Shown: positions 37,333 through 52,620, counted from the first letter of the stretch. The stretch is 64,000 bases of DNA from Octopus vulgaris (GCA_951406725.2 OX597818.1:42780001-42844000); one strand, 5' to 3'. Made by a program: numbers and translations. Notes: a model not told the origin generated them from the sequence alone.

Positions 37333-38027
37333 ATATTATTGGACAATTCATTCAGCCACTCTACAGAGACTGCACGACGATCAACCAAAACGTGAAGGAG
37401 AAGAAACAAATGTCAGAAAATAAAGGGTCCTGTGAAAAAAATTAAAGAGTAGTAGTTTTTGTTGTTGTTTAACGTTTATTCTCAGGTTTGCAGTGATTGA
37501 GCAGACCAAAGGTATTGCAGGCATAACCATGTTGTGCTTTTCATATGAGGAGGGAACCCCATCGTCACGTTAGCTAATTTCTTCTTGTCTAAGAGACAAG
37601 AGAGTGATTTGTGTCGCAAACTTCTGAAATATAATGCTGACCTTCACGCAATTTCTAAAAGGAATAACTGATCTATAAACCATTTCCCACTTAATTTAAA
37701 CATTAACTGTTGTACTATAGCTGATCTTTTTCCAAATTGTTGATAAGTACAAAGGCAGCAGGGTGGCGATCTGGCAGATCTGTTAGCAATCTGGGCAAAA
37801 TGCTAAGCAACATTGCGTCCATCTTCACATTCTGAGTTCAAATTCCGCTGAGGATCACATTGCCTTTTATCCTTTCTCTACAGAAATTACCGGCTTCTCT
37901 GAAATTGCTGACCTCGTGCCAAAATTTGAAACCAATATGTATAGAGCCAGTAGGCAGTGAGCTGGCTAAACCAGTAACATGCCAGGTAAAATGCTTAACG
38001 GCATTTTGTCTATCTTTATATTCTGAG

Positions 38028-38445
38028 GGATCTTTTTGGTTTGAAAGGCAGTTTTTAAAAATAATTTCCACGTAACTAAACACTTTTAAACTTCGTATAC
38101 TGGTAGAATGTGTTTATAAAACATCTTTTTCTCTTGGCTTTATTGAGAAAATTCTATAGTTTGTAAGATATTAGTTGGGTTTTTTTCTTCAATTTCTGCA
38201 ATTTCAACCAATCAATGACGTCTATTGAGGTGAAAATATTCTGTGCCGTATGAATATGTCCCTTGTTTAAGAAACAGATTGGGTTTATTTACATTTCTGA
38301 AGAAAAAAAGATACCCTTCCCCCCACCCCTAACCCTAACCCTAAAACAGATTGAAATGCAATTGATCGATACTAGGGTCATAATTATGGGTGACAATTTC
38401 ATATGACACCACTAGAAAAAACTGCCGTTCAAACCGAAAAGATCC
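38028..38445. mobile_element. Merlin-like MITE inserted into a SINE family B copy
   Basis: Same TIRs as the 14563 element; perfect 8-bp TSD ATTCTGAG splits the SINE just before its B box (ttctgag|ttcaaat). Confidence 0.88.
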
Positions 38446-38879
38446 ATTCTGAGTTCAAATTCCACTGAGGTCAACTTTGCCTGTCATTCTTTTGGAGGCA
38501 ATAAAATAAGTACCAGTTGATCTCTGGGGTTGATGTAATTAACTAACCCTCTCAACTGAAATTGCTGGCTTTGTGCCAAAATTTGAAACCAGTATGGTTA
38601 GAGCCAGTGCTTATCTCTAGTTGCCATATTATTATGCAAATGAGAGACAAATCTTCCTGAGAGGATGTAGGAGGAATTGAAATCATTATCTTGTTGGACA
38701 GAAACAAGAGATGTGGTTGTTTAAATCCAGATCAACCCTAATTAAACAAACTGATGATCAGACGTTTTTAAACCATAACCATCCCCACTTTTTTTTATTT
38801 TTTTATTTTCAGACGTTTTGTTTCTAAACTGCATTATCCATTGCAATCATAGATATATTATTAAGATGGTAGAGTGTTT

Positions 38880-39196
38880 ACAAAGTCAGAAAACAGCACA
38901 GCTCCCATGACTTTCGGAAACATTTTTTCACGCTAAGAGTTGCTGAAGCATGGAACAGACTGCCAGCATCAGTTATTAGTTGTCAGAGCACTGCATCCTT
39001 CAAAACTTCCATGCTTCCTGAGATTCGCCAACACTACACCTGATTTTCTCCCCTCCATACACACACAAGCATGTATCTGACTCATAGACTGTTCACTTTC
39101 CAGACATTTATATATTACTGCATATGCTTTATATGCACTTTTGACAAGTTGTGGTGCACTGGAGCACTGTATACAATAATTTCATTATTATTATTA
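38880..39196 (+). mobile_element. CR1-type LINE 3' end
   Basis: Encodes KQHSSHDFRKHFFTLRVAEAWNRLPASV (CR1 ORF2 C-terminus), then 3' UTR and (ATT)n tail; inverted copy at ~63370-63600. Confidence 0.82.
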
Positions 39197-40848
39197 TATT
39201 ATTTAAGAAAAATGTGACTGCTATTTCTTACATTAAATGAACATGCAAAGCTCCACTACAAATTTAGTGACTGTGCACAGGGTTGTAAGATAAATGGGTT
39301 TGAGCATGTGAATTTAGGAGGATTCTGCAAAATTTATAAAAATTAAATATCTGCCTGCAATTTGAGAGGAAATATAACCTGCCAGCAATGAAATACACAA
39401 AGGTAGTTATTTTTTAATGGAAAATTTAAACTGCTATTTTGCTATAATAGTACTCATTATACTCGTTACATTTTATTTTATCTCTACCGCCACCACCACC
39501 ACCATTAGCTGCAGCAGTAATCAATGTCTGCTATCATACATAATTTGTAACTGTTTCCTGTAAAGCTTGCATAACAATGTATTGAATAACAATGCTGTCC
39601 TGGTAGCTGTCTTTCTTATGCTATGGTGGTGGAAAATGTCTCCTAGTTGGTGCAGATTTTTTCTCCAGCATGCTTTGCCTGATTAGCAACAGCGAAACAC
39701 TGAGGATGTTTTAGGAATTTGGTAGCATGCAAGGTGATTTTAGTTGTGTATTTAGCTGTCTCAGATACATTAAGAGTGACACAGATTTAACAGATTTATG
39801 AAAGGTTAAATACCAGAGGACTCAAGAGGACCAAATTCAGATGGATGCCTTCATTAGGAATGGTTTGAAAATTCTAATAAGACAGAAATTATTGTGAGTT
39901 TGTAGATAACAAAGAGACAAAGGGTGTTTAAAGAGTTACAGTGTTGCTCAGGGATGCAGATAATGTTGCAGATAGTTTTGCTACAGAAATTGTAAGAGAG
40001 GTCAAATGAGTTGTATGCATTTAAGCCACCCAGTACAATGTCTTTTGTGAGTGGAGAGGTGAAATAGATATTATTTAATAGATAATATTAAATTATATTC
40101 AGCTAGAAGAAAGATGAACACCATCAGAATTAAACTAAAGTCAGAGTTTATTGTACATTAGTTATTCAAACATGACTCAGCTAATAACATATTGCTTATC
40201 ACAACATTGTTATCAAATTCATTGTTATTGAAATTGTGACAGAAAAACATGCTGTATCTATGCTGCTGCTGCTGTTGCTGCTGGTGACGAGGTATAATAA
40301 AATGTAAATAGAGCCTTGAGTCCTATTGTGATACAATAATAGTTTAAATTCCACTTTTATAACATCACTAAAATAAATGACTGAGAGAGATTTATTTTTA
40401 ATTTATCAAGGCAAGAAAAAGATGGAGTGAGACTCACTAGAAGAGGAGAAATGGGTGCCAAGGATTGGATAGTATGCAGTTAGTTAGTTCAGAGAAGCAA
40501 CAGTAGTTATAGTAATGGTAGAAAAGCCAGAGAAAATATAATGTAAACAATGTGATTGAAGATGGGAAAATATTTTTCCATCTTCGATCAGATTGTTTAT
40601 ATTAGTTGTATTCAGATACAAAATGTCATAACAAATCAGTGTTGGCTATAATTTCCATAGAAAATATGTAGAAATATCCTTAAAATGTAAATGATATACA
40701 ATTCTTGCTAGTAAGAACAAAGCTTCTAAAATGGATGGAGAAATTTGAAAGTCTCTGGTGCACGTAGAAGCAAGTGGAGTCTAGATTATTGCATGTGGAT
40801 GATGCTTATGTGCATAACACTGAAATCATAAGAGGAGTGTGTGTGTAA

Positions 40849-41223
40849 TCTCTATATATATATAAACAGCAAAACGTCTGTCAGTGTGTGTGTGTGTGTG
40901 TGCATGTCCTTTATACAAATCCACAAATTTTCAGTTAGAGGGCTCGCACTTTCTATGGTCATTCAAAACCGTCCAAGGGTGGTCGTGCACATCTTTACAT
41001 TTCCCTAGTCACCCTGCAAAGCCATTAAAAAAATCAATAGAAGTGACTTTTTTGTGAATTTTCTATCCAAAACCCAATCAAAATGCCTGAAACTTGATAT
41101 GCCAGCTAGCTGTATGTGATTGGTCGGAGATTTGGACAGTTACTCGCGTGTATGTGCACACGCATGCAGCTGTATATGCATGCACTAGCACTATGACATG
41201 GCAATGCCGGGTCATAGTGCTAG
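40849..41223 (+). mobile_element. Non-autonomous Helitron (second family)
   Basis: 5' TCTCTATATATA, subterminal hairpin (tatgacatggcaatgccgggtcata), 3' CTAG|T. Confidence 0.7.
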
Positions 41224-42011
41224 TGGGAGTATAACAGTATACATGCATTAATGTAGAAAATGATTGGGAGACATAACTGCAACAGAATTGATAGAATATA
41301 CATCTAACAAAGTTCCCTTGACATATGTCCTGATAGAATGGTCAGGCAGGAAAATTCTAATCTAAGAGATGAGAGCATAATTTTTCCATGTGTGAGTAAT
41401 TAAGCAGAAGTTTTAATGCAGAAACAATCATAGTCTTTGAAGTCAACAACAATAGAACTGCTTTCACCTATGTTCTCAAAGTAAATGTCTACTGGTAAGT
41501 TATCTTATTTAGTAAGGCTCTGATAGATTTAAGCATACATAAATCATACTGGTAATAACTGAGAAGTGTGTGAGACTCAATGTGTAAAATGAAATGCTTA
41601 TTACAATTGTTTCTAAACCCTTTGAAATGATTGAAGGGATGATGATAGGTTGGTAATTAGCAGGTTCAGAAAAGCTGTTCTTCTTAGGAATGGAAAATCA
41701 GGTGAAGAGTAAAGCAAGAGATAAATTAAAGAGTTTTGGTAAGAAGTGGAACCAATTCTAAGTATTGTTTGAGAGCAATAGAAGGGTCAACATTGGAATC
41801 AGACATCTTGTTGCTGTGTTTAAAGAATTTTTCACATTTGTCAACTAAGTGTAGATAGTGATGAAACAGTCAGATAGATGAAGGAGAATTTGGGAAGAGT
41901 TTTGTTGAGTGTGCATAGTGAAGATTTGGAAATAAAATCTATAGCAAATATGATAGCTTTATCAATGATATTTGAAGAGCCATCTTTGTTCAAAAATGGG
42001 TTGGCTTGTTC

Positions 42012-43650
42012 TGTTAGCGTGGTATTATTAGCCAGGCTGTGTTGTAGGGAAGGACCGGAAGTGAGGTAGTGCATATGTAGGTCCCACCGGAAGGGCTGCA
42101 GTGGGTATGTGGGGTCGGCAAGGCATGAGCAGCCAGCTGGCAGTTGACAGCATATGAGAACAGATGTGTTAGACAGTACAGCAGCAGATAGAGCATGTGG
42201 ACTTTGTGAGTGAGCCTTCCAGATTGAGACAGAGCACATGGACGTTGTGAGTGACCTTTCCAGATCAACAGGTAAGACTACTACAATTCTCTCTTTGCTT
42301 CTGTCTTTTTCTTCCTTCACATGACACACTATTTCGGCTCAAAAAAAAAAGTAATGGGTATGGTCAGTGTTTCAAATGAGATGATTAGGCCATTTTGTGA
42401 TAAGGGAAGTGTCACCGCTTGGTTGCAAAAAATTAAGTTGGCGGCAAGACTCCATGATATAGATGACCTAGTGAGTTTCATACTGTTGTACCTCAATGAA
42501 TCAGCATTGGCACTATACCTGAAAATGGAGGAGAAGGACCAGTTTAAGCACAGAAAAATAGAAATCTGGCTGATGGAGGCTTTTACAGAAGGGTCATTTA
42601 TGGCATATGGTCAACTGGGGAAAGTGAAGTGAATGGATGAACAGGTCAATGTGTTTGCCAACGAAATCAGGAAATTGACCAGACTTGCAGGATACGGGGA
42701 TGATGCATTGGAACAAACTGTTAAATTATCATTTGTGACAGGATTTCCTGACCACATGTCAGGCAAACTGCAAAAGCTGCCAAATATTCACTCCATGGCA
42801 ATGGGAGAGGTAATATCTCAGGCCAGAGTCATCATCTTATGTTGCAGGATGACACCTTTAGCAGCAACTGCAACACTGGGAGGGGGTCAAACAAAGATCA
42901 GCAGAGAGGGATCAAACAAGGAATGTGTGCAACCCTTCAAAGGGCAATGTTTTCAGTGTCAGGGTTCGCACATGGTGAGAGACTGCAAGGAACCCAGGCC
43001 TGGAGTAATTTGCTATCGATGCAGACAAACAGGCCACATTGCTAGTGAATGCATTCAGGGAAACGGTCTATGGGAGACTACTACACCGGTAGTTGTCCCA
43101 TCAAAAGAATAGAGGCACATATATGGTCATTGCCAGTAATAGATGTCATGTGAAAGGAAAGGTGTCATGAGCCCTCATGGACACGGGCTGTTCAACAACT
43201 CTAATAACTCCAGAGGTGGTAGAAGAATGGAGTGGAGTGAGTAGTGTAAGGGCTGTTGACAGTACGGAAGTTGAATGCAGAGGAAGTAGCCATGTGGATA
43301 TGGGGACACAAAGAAAGGGATTGAGATTGCACGTGACCATGATCGACCACGTGGTGGACGGAGTTGTTGTGGTGATGGGGATGGATGCTATTGTCCGTTT
43401 GGGAGGTGTCACAGTCAATGAAGCCTGTGCAATGTTCAGCGATGCAGGGTCGCTATGCGCCATGAGTCCATGACAGGAGAGTGGTGAGAGCTGCGAAGAA
43501 AAAAATGCTGTACACACCATTACAGACAAGGATTTTCAGGCTGTGTTCGATGGCCGGCAGTGGACAGTTGAATGGTACTGGAAGGGAGATCCTCCAACAT
43601 TGGAAAATGCAGTAGGCCGCTATCGGCATAAGAAAATGCATTAGCCCAGG
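42012..43650 (+). mobile_element. Truncated Gypsy-like LTR retrotransposon (putative 5' LTR ~42012-42321, gag with two CCHC knuckles, aspartic protease)
   Basis: CFQCQGSHMVRDC and CYRCRQTGHIASEC; ALMDTGCSTT protease motif; in-frame stop at 42630; no RT/IN or second LTR seen. Confidence 0.85.
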
Positions 43651-44693
43651 GAAGCAGTTTTAGTAATGTTATGTATGTTTGCTGTGATATCTCACAACAG
43701 ATTGTAGTGATTTTAGATGCTATAGTTGTGTCTTGCAGAGAGCTGTGGTAATTCTTTGCATAGTTAAAGGATACTAGGCTGTCACTCGACTTGCTAAAAA
43801 TAGCAGCCAAATCTCCCTCAAACCACACTCTCTTAAAAATTGAAGGGCACATTGGATAAAAGACTTGGAAAGAAAACTGAATTAAGTAACAATTTGCTTC
43901 AGCCATTGCACTTTAATACAGGAAATATCTGCACTTCTTTATTAAAAAATGTCAAAATTGCTTTAATTAGATAAGAAATGAAATCATTAATGCAAAGTAA
44001 ACATTGGAACATGACTTGATAAATAGCAAATTGCTTATCACAACTTTGCTATCAGATCTATTGTTGTGCAAATTATGACAGGAAACATGCTGCACTAATC
44101 TCAGGTGACCATGGTAGTGGCAGTGGCAGATGCAGTGGAAATGATGTTGATGATGATGATGATGATGGCGATGATGATGATGATGTCAATAAAGTAGTGT
44201 CACTTCTGATAACACAATAAGAGTTTAAATTCCATATTTACAAAATCACATGGTAGGTTTTCTTTTTTTAATTAATTGTGCAGCAGAGAAAGAATAGCAT
44301 CCATAAGCTTTTTAAACCTCCATTCCATCCCGATCTCCATCATTGGTAATAAGACTGATATTGATGTCTCTGGAGAAAATATGGTTGGTGAGTAATTCCA
44401 GAGGATTACAGCTCTAAGACTTTTTAGTGTAGAACCTGAGTATAAAATGTTGGGAAGAGATGCAGTAGAAATGAATGATGAAAAGTGGAGAAATAAATGA
44501 ACTAGGTGAAGGAAGTATGCAGTTTGCTAGTTCAGAGAAGTGGAAGTAGTTAGTAATAGCAAACTTCACACATTGAAACTTAATTAAATAATACCTACAT
44601 TCAATCTAAACCTATTATAAGTTTCTGACATTGTCTCATGGCCACAAATTTTGACAAGGGATATAATCAAATCATTTTATTGACCTCAGGAAG

Positions 44694-44726
<33 letters not shown>

Positions 44727-45925
44727 GTTTAACGTCCGTTTTTCATGCTAGCATGGGTTGGATGGTTCAACCGGGGTCTGGGAAGCCAGGAGGCTGCGCC
44801 AGGCTCCAGTCTGATCTGGCAATGTTTCTACAGCTGGATGCCCTTCCTAACACCAACCACTCCATCAGCATAGTGGGTGCTTTTTACGTGCCACCGGCAC
44901 AGGGGCCAGAGGAGGCTGGCAGACGGCCACAATCGGTCGGTGCTTTTTATGTGTCCCCAACATGGACACCAGTCAGGCGGTGCTGGCATCAGCCATTTTT
45001 GGATGGTGCTTTTTACATGCCACCAGCACGGGTATCATAACTACAATTTCCATTTGATTTTTATTTTGATATTGGTGTTGACGTACTTGACTCAATAGGT
45101 CTCAAAAAACAAAATTGACCTCAGAAGGATTTGAACTCATAATGTAATTACATTAGTACATACAGCCTTGTACTAATGTAATTAGTAAATATTAGATATA
45201 TTTTTAGGCTTTAATCTTTGTTAACATCATCATTATTTATCATAATCAATTAACGTTCATTTTGCATGCTGGCATGGTTTGGATAGTTTGACAGAAGCTG
45301 GTGAACCAGAAAACTGTATCAAAACACCAATGTCAGCTTTGATAAGTTTTCTATCACTGGATGTCCTTCCTAATATCAACTACTTTACAATGTATAAAAA
45401 CGATAAACGTCACCCTTTTCAAGCCTAGCCAGGCTCATAGGTCCTGTCTCCTGGTTTCTGTGGTGTATGTGTTCCCCCCAGCCAGACAGGACGCCAGTCC
45501 ATAACAGCATTACTCAAGAAACAGGAAGAGAGAGTGAGAGAAAGTTGTGGTGAAAGAGTACAACAGAGGTCGCCACCCACCCCCCTGCTGGAGCGTCGTG
45601 GAGCTTTTAGGAGTTTTCACTCAATAAACACACACAACGCCCGGTCTGGGAATCAAAACCGCGATCCTCTGACTGTGAGTCTGCTGCTCTAACCACTGGG
45701 CCATTGCGCCTCCACTTTACAGTGTATACTGGATGTTATTCTTGTGTCGGTGACACTAGTGGGGTCAACAAGTAACTTGCAAGAAGGGAAAAGAACAAGA
45801 ACATGAAAAGGAAAAGAAAAAGATCCTTTGACTAAGTGAATTTTACTTTCATGAATAAATATTTAAATCGAACTGATAGAACTGTTGTTGTCTGATATTT
45901 AAGAATAGATAATGTGTGTGTGTGC

Positions 45926-45984
<59 letters not shown>

Positions 45985-47058
45985 TGTTCTTGTCTAGATA
46001 TGTGATTACTGTAAATGAATATCATTCATTTCCAATATTCTGTGAAAACATGTTTGACCAAGGGATAATAATTACGATGCTTGGGACCAGGTAAAGGTTG
46101 GCAACAGGAAGGGAATCCAGCTGTAGAAAATCTGCCTCAGTAAACTCCATACAACCCATCCAAACATGGAAAAGTAGATGTTAAATTGAGGGTGATGCTG
46201 ATAGTAATGATGATGCTTAGTTAACATACTGAAAACTAGTAGGCTTACAGGTAAAATTCTTCTGGAGATTAATTAGAGGCAAATACTGTAAATTTCAGAA
46301 ATAATAGCACTATGAATCAAACCTATGCTTGATTGAAAGAAAAAGTAAAACATATGCAAGTACATCTCTGTAATTCCTTTATATAACTTTTAGCTAAAAA
46401 CAAATAGGATGCAAATAAGCAAAATTTTCACGGGAAGTAACTCATCCAATATTGTAAGAATTATGTCCCTTGTTTTTGTCTAACTTGATGCTGTATTTCA
46501 ATTGATAATGTATGGAATATGAATTTAAATATCTCCTTTTTCGAGATCAGCAACAGTTTGTCACTCGAAAAAGCATATAGTATTATGCATTTGGAATTAG
46601 TTATAATTCCTAGCTGGTGATTGTCACACGTTGATGACAGGTTATTACTCAGAAACCTGTGTCCGTGTGTATCACGTAAGGCTAATGATGGGAAGGATGA
46701 TTTCCCTTTTGCAAATACTGATTGGACACAGACAGTGTGTCGTTAGCCAGCTCGAGGAGCTGTTTTCCTGGGGCTATAAACAACAGTAGCATCGTCCCAT
46801 ATGGGTCAGCCACATTTAGGTGGCAAATATACTTCACAATGTCATGCTGCTACTGCTTACATCTCGCATAGAGATTTATTATTGCCTATATATGTGTGTG
46901 TGTGTGTGTGCATGCATGTATGTATGATTAAATCAAGGACATAAATCCTCTTAAAAGGGATGTAGTTAAAATTGAGTTTAATATTGTTCAGAATTGCATT
47001 ATGTTCCAATAATTTGATGTCTATATATGTCAATTTCTCCGTTTTCATTTTTTCATAT

Positions 47059-47093
<35 letters not shown>

Positions 47094-47126
47094 TGTGTAA
47101 CAAAGGCTGTTGTGCTTGAATCGGCA

Positions 47127-47257
47127 GTCACCAAAATGTAATGATGATGATTGAATGTGAAGATGCATCGGAGAAATGAATGAACGAAGAACAATTAACT
47201 AATTATAAAGTTAACAATTATCTAATATGAATTATAATGGCGTTACATTTTGGTGAC
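47127..47257. mobile_element. Small MITE-like element
   Basis: Perfect 15-bp inverted repeat GTCACCAAAATGTAA / TTACATTTTGGTGAC. Confidence 0.5.
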
Positions 47258-48169
47258 CACTAACTAAAGAATTGCATGCCTTCTAAAACGATTGTACTAA
47301 TTTTGTCAAAGATCAATAGACAGAAATCGTTACGTTTGACTTAAAGGAAGAACTGCCTTCTTCAATTTTGGTAATCCCAACATGATTCAAACACACAGCC
47401 TTCTGATTATTTTATGACTTTACATATATATCAATCAGGATATTGTACCACATACAGATAAAGTGTATAACACACATTTTCAGGTTCATACAATTGTCCC
47501 ATATATTGCTGATTGCTGGTGGGGTTGGAGTTTCATGAATTTAGGCTTGTAGCATCATTCAGAAAAAAAATATATGCAAAATATTGTATGATTCTGAACA
47601 CAACATCATTCATGACTGGATATTGGATTCTTAAAAGAAAAAGAAATCAAGATAGAAATCACTATATCATATGAATAAAAGTTACTCTTTGAGTACCTTT
47701 TATTGGGATATAAGACATATGTATCTTAAATGGTCTTGTAACTGGTGGCTCTATTTCATACAGCAACAATGGCAACAAAAATTTATAGTCATTTTCCCCA
47801 ATAAAAAATTAGCCTTGAAGACCCAAATTAATAATCATGCTCATCATGGTTCCTTTCTGACACAATGTTTTTACTGCTGGATGATCTTCTAATCACCAAA
47901 CTATTTAATTGCTTCTTACAAGAAGCATGAATATCATGTATCTACCCTAACACCAGAAGACACAATATTGGTTCTGTCTTCATGAATACACTAGAACAGT
48001 GGTTGCTCAATCTTCGTTTTTTCGCTTGAACCTAACTTACCTTTGTGGCCACCTCATAAATGCTATAAGAGAAGAAATATTTATTGCAACTGTATCATAC
48101 AAAAGCAAAGTGCTTATTGTATATTAGAGAAATGGGCATTTTTTCTGTGACAAAATTTTATACAGACAT

Positions 48170-48577
48170 AGGAGTGGCAGTGTGGTAAGTAGCTTGCTTA
48201 CCAACCACATGGTTCCAGGTTCAGTCCCATTGCGTGGCACCTTGGGCAAGTGTCTTCTACTATAGCCTCAGGCCAACCAAAGCCTTGTGAGTGGATTTGG
48301 TAGATGGAAACTGAAAGAAGCCCATCATGTGTGTGGGTGCGTGCGCATGCATGTATGCATGCGTGTATGTGTATCTGTGTTTGTCCCCCCAACATTGCTT
48401 GACAACCTATGTTGGTGTGTTTATGGTCCCATAACTTAGTGGTTCAGCAAAAAAGACCAATAGAATAAGTACTAGGCTTACAAAGAATAAGTCCTGGGGT
48501 CGATTTGCTCAACTAAAGGCAGTGCTCCAGCATGGCTACAGTCAAATGACTGAAACAAGTAAAAGAGTAAAGAGAGA
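48170..48577 (+). mobile_element. tRNA-derived SINE family A
   Basis: Full copy matching 19078-19485. Confidence 0.85.
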
Positions 48578-50989
48578 CATAAACATTCCATATGAGTTTA
48601 ATCTATAAGATAACATTAACTTATCCTTAGCAACTGATTTCATGTGCTACAAAAACTAAATCAGAGAGGGAGTTGGTAATCTGACAGCTGGTTCATGCTG
48701 TGTTTCTATTATCCATCACAGAGAAACAGACACACAGAGAAACATACACACTTATATCTATTATATGAGAGTGTGTTGCATCTTATAATTGTCTGTCTAT
48801 TACTTCTTTTGAGTCTTTTTTTGTCACTGTCCCAGGTTTTGAAATTGAAAAATTAAGTGAAAATTTTCAGATTTGCTTTACTGATTTAATTTTTATGCTG
48901 AATCCACTTTTGATATTTATTTGTTCCAGAAAAATTGTTGAAAAATGTTACAGACCTTTAAAGTTTCATCACTTTTACCTAATCAGAAAACAGGATTTAG
49001 AAGCTGACATTTTCTGCATGATAGCTGTCTATTACAAAATGAAAGCAAAAACAAAACGACAAAATTTTATTAAACAAAATAAAGGCAAAACATAATGACG
49101 GCAGTTGTAAGAAGTTCAGAAGTTTTGATATTTTGCAAAAAATTGCACAAATACGTCCTAATAAATCGGCCTAGCCATAAGGGAGTGGAGGCACAATGGC
49201 CCAGTGGTTAGGCCAGCGGACTCACAGTCAGAGGATCATGGTTTCGATTCCCAGACTGGGCGCTGTGTGTATTTATTGAGCAAAAACACCTAAAAGCTCC
49301 ACGAGGCTCTGGCAGGGGGGGGGGGGCCCTGTTGTACTCTTTCGCCACAACTTTCTCTCACTCTCTCTTCCTGTTTCTTGAGTAACGCTGTGATGGACTG
49401 GCGTCCCGTCCAGCTGGGGGGAACACATACGCCACAGAAACCGGGAAACCGGGCCCATGAGACTGGCTAGGCTTGAAAAGAGCGACATTTATCGTTTTAT
49501 CCATAAGGAAAGATAAGTTCTGACATGGAATTTTAAAAATTGCCATAAAGGTATTCTGTTGTGAAAATTGCCCTGCAATGACGGACTTTTCAGCAAGTAC
49601 CTCATAAAACCATAGACAATCATTTGGCTATTTAGGCTGTGGTACACAAAATGTGTGAGGTGTGGGCTGAGTTGCACTGAACTTGAATGAGAGGGGTAAG
49701 ATAAAAGTTAAGTTATGGAATCTAAATTTGGAAATTTCCAAGCAACACGCGGGGCTTGGTAAAAGATGAAAATATATTATGATGGACACTGCATACATAT
49801 GTATACAACTACATACATACATGAATTCATATTCACACCAATAATAATTGGAGCACTAAGTTTTGTTAGTAAATGCTTAAAGGAGAATCTGGATAAACTG
49901 GTATTTTCAGAAAGAGAAATTAACTGGCTAATTCATACATTACAAGTACAATCTGTGAGTGGAACAGTAAAAATATGCAAGACTTTTCTCAAGTTCCAAA
50001 TGTGAATTTATCTGTATTAACCACATCCCAAAGATGGAACCTTGTATCTTTGTTGGAAACTGGCTTCCTCTTCAGAAGAGACATACATACATACATACAT
50101 ACATACATACATACATAAATAGATACATACATATGTACATGCATACATGCATGCAAGTATACATACACACATACATACATACATGCATACAAGAATACAT
50201 ACACACATACATACACACACACACACACATACACCAACACCAATACATACATATACATATATGTAACTTTTAGAAAGGAAGGAAAAAGGAGGTGTCCATC
50301 ACAAAGAAACACACACACACACACATATGTAAAACTTCTAAAACCCAAATAGAAGCGCTAGAATATTTGAGGGCTACAAAGATAGCAAGGAATGTAAGAA
50401 ATTGGTATGCAGTGATAACGAGGTGGTAAGTTTACATAAGCTATCGTTCAGATCATCAACACACCACCACTCTCTCTGTTATCTTACCCCCACCTTTCTC
50501 TCTTTCTCTCTCTCCCTCTTCCTCTCCCTTCTTTTGCCAAAAAAAAACAGGTGCAACCACTTAACAAGTAAACTGAAATCACCGATTAAAAAATATCATG
50601 TGTGTGTGCACGTGCATATATGTAGGTATATGTATGCGTATTTTTGTGTGAGAAAATGTGAGAATCTGCGTGGTTGCTTGACCTACTGGAAATAACAGCC
50701 AAATCTTCTACAATGTCACAAGCTAACATTTTACAAATGAGATGACACGTTGGATAAGATGGAATAAATACACACATACACACACACACACACACCCTTT
50801 AAATAAAACTATGTTTTTCTCCCCCACATTTCTCTTTTAAACTCCTCTATTTTCCTATTTGCATCTCATTCTCTCTCACTATGCTTCCTCCTCTCTTTGT
50901 CGTTCTTCTTACTCTTTCCTCCTCTCTTCCCGTCTCCCTCCCTTTCACATGTAGCTATATGATAAACAACATTTATCGTTAATAACCAT

Positions 50990-52620
50990 ACTGTAGGATC
51001 AGAGCTTGGAAAACTTTATATTCTTCCAGTTTTACAGGAAGCACAAGATATATGCAAGAGAGGACACAGGATGCTATCACTTATGTACATCCTGATCTTT
51101 TCTTCATTTTCACTTGCAGTTCTAAATGGGACGAAATCAAAGCAGAGCTTTTTTCAAGGCAATTCTATACCAATAGACATGATCTAATCACAAAACTGTG
51201 ATTTAGGGGATCCAGTATTAATATGGCTAAAATACAGAAATCATCTCGTAGGTTATAACTACCTCATTTATTTGCAATGTCCTGCTATTGAGTACTCTAA
51301 TGAAATGTCCTGGCATAGAGTACACTGATGAAATTTACAATACAGCATTAATTGCAATTGAAGATAAAGTTATTTCTATGAAAGGAAATGAATTGCATGA
51401 GTATGTTCTTCCTCAAAACAATTGCTCTGAAGAGTTTAAAAACAGAACTATGAAAAGAAACTGCTTACAACATTGAAGACCTGTCAAAATATGTTTGTGA
51501 AAACAAACCCAAAACATTGGATGAACATAAAGTATTTTACAATGCTATACTCAAAAGGGGATGTTTTACTGAAGGGATGGGGACTTTTTTTCTTGATGCT
51601 TCAATAGGAACTGGAAAAAGATATGTTACTTACTGAAGTCCAATAGAAAAAATTTGTTTTGACTGTTGCTTCTACAGGTTTGGTGCTAAGCTACTTCCAA
51701 GAGGACAAACAGCTCACTCCACTTTCAGATTACCCTTAAATTTAGCTGACAACAATATACCAATTTGTAATATTAATAAAACATTTGGGATGGAACAGGT
51801 ACTAAGGAGGTATCATCTCGTTTGAGATGAGCGCACCATAGCAAACAACGTTTTTGGAAGCACTGAATAAAAGCTTGCAGGATTTAAGAAATTCTGAAGT
51901 ATTGATGGGTGGAGTTACCACTGTACTAACCAGAGACTTTCACTAGACTTTGCCTGTAATACCAAAGGGTACTAAAGTGGATGAGTCAATGGCTTGCTTG
52001 AAATCATCATATTTGTAGAGACATATAACATGAATGAGCCTAACTAAGAATATAAGATTTACACTTCTGAGTGATGGTTTGTCTGAAAAATTTGTTCAAA
52101 ATAAATTAAAACTAGGATCCCTGTGCCGGTGGCACGTAAAAAGCACCATCCGAACGTGGCCAATGCCAGCGCTGCCTTGACTGGCTTCCATGCCGGTGGC
52201 ATGTAAAAAGCACCAACTGATTGTGGCCGTTGCCAGCCTCACCTGGCACCTGTGCCAGTGGCACGTAAAAAGCACCCACTACACTCACGGAGTGGTTGGC
52301 GTTAGGAAGGGCATCCAGCTGTAGAAACACTGCCAGATCAGACTGGAGCCTGGTGCAGCCTTCTGGCTTCCCAGATCCCAATTGAACCATCCAACCCATG
52401 CTAGCATGGAAAACGGACGTTAAACGAGGGGGGGAGGAGGCTGGGTAACTCTTGATAGAAATAATTGTCTAGATACATTTCTAATTAGTGCATCAGTTTC
52501 ATCAGCGGATGAACTAATAATAGCAAAAATATTTCCAAATTTCAAAACCATACTTACGTCAAAGAGCAATACTGGCACCAAAAATTATCAGTCAGTAGCA
52601 TAAACAACATACTATTGCAT
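50990..52620 (+). pseudogene. Decayed Helitron RepHel (Rep + PIF1 helicase) relic, interrupted by an RTE 3' end at 52113-52427
   Basis: FTGSTRYMQERTQDAITYV..PDLFFIFTC (51031-), FLDASIGTGK (Walker A, ~51589), LLPRGQTAHSTFRLPLNL (51691), MGGVTTVLTRDFH*TLPVIPKG (~51905), RAILAPK (52563); many stops and frameshifts. Confidence 0.85.

Noticed and set aside
48041-48062. 22-nt minus-strand micro-exon with strong splice sites
   Set aside because: Lies in an apparent hAT MITE remnant starting ~47998; no recognisable coding partner exons.
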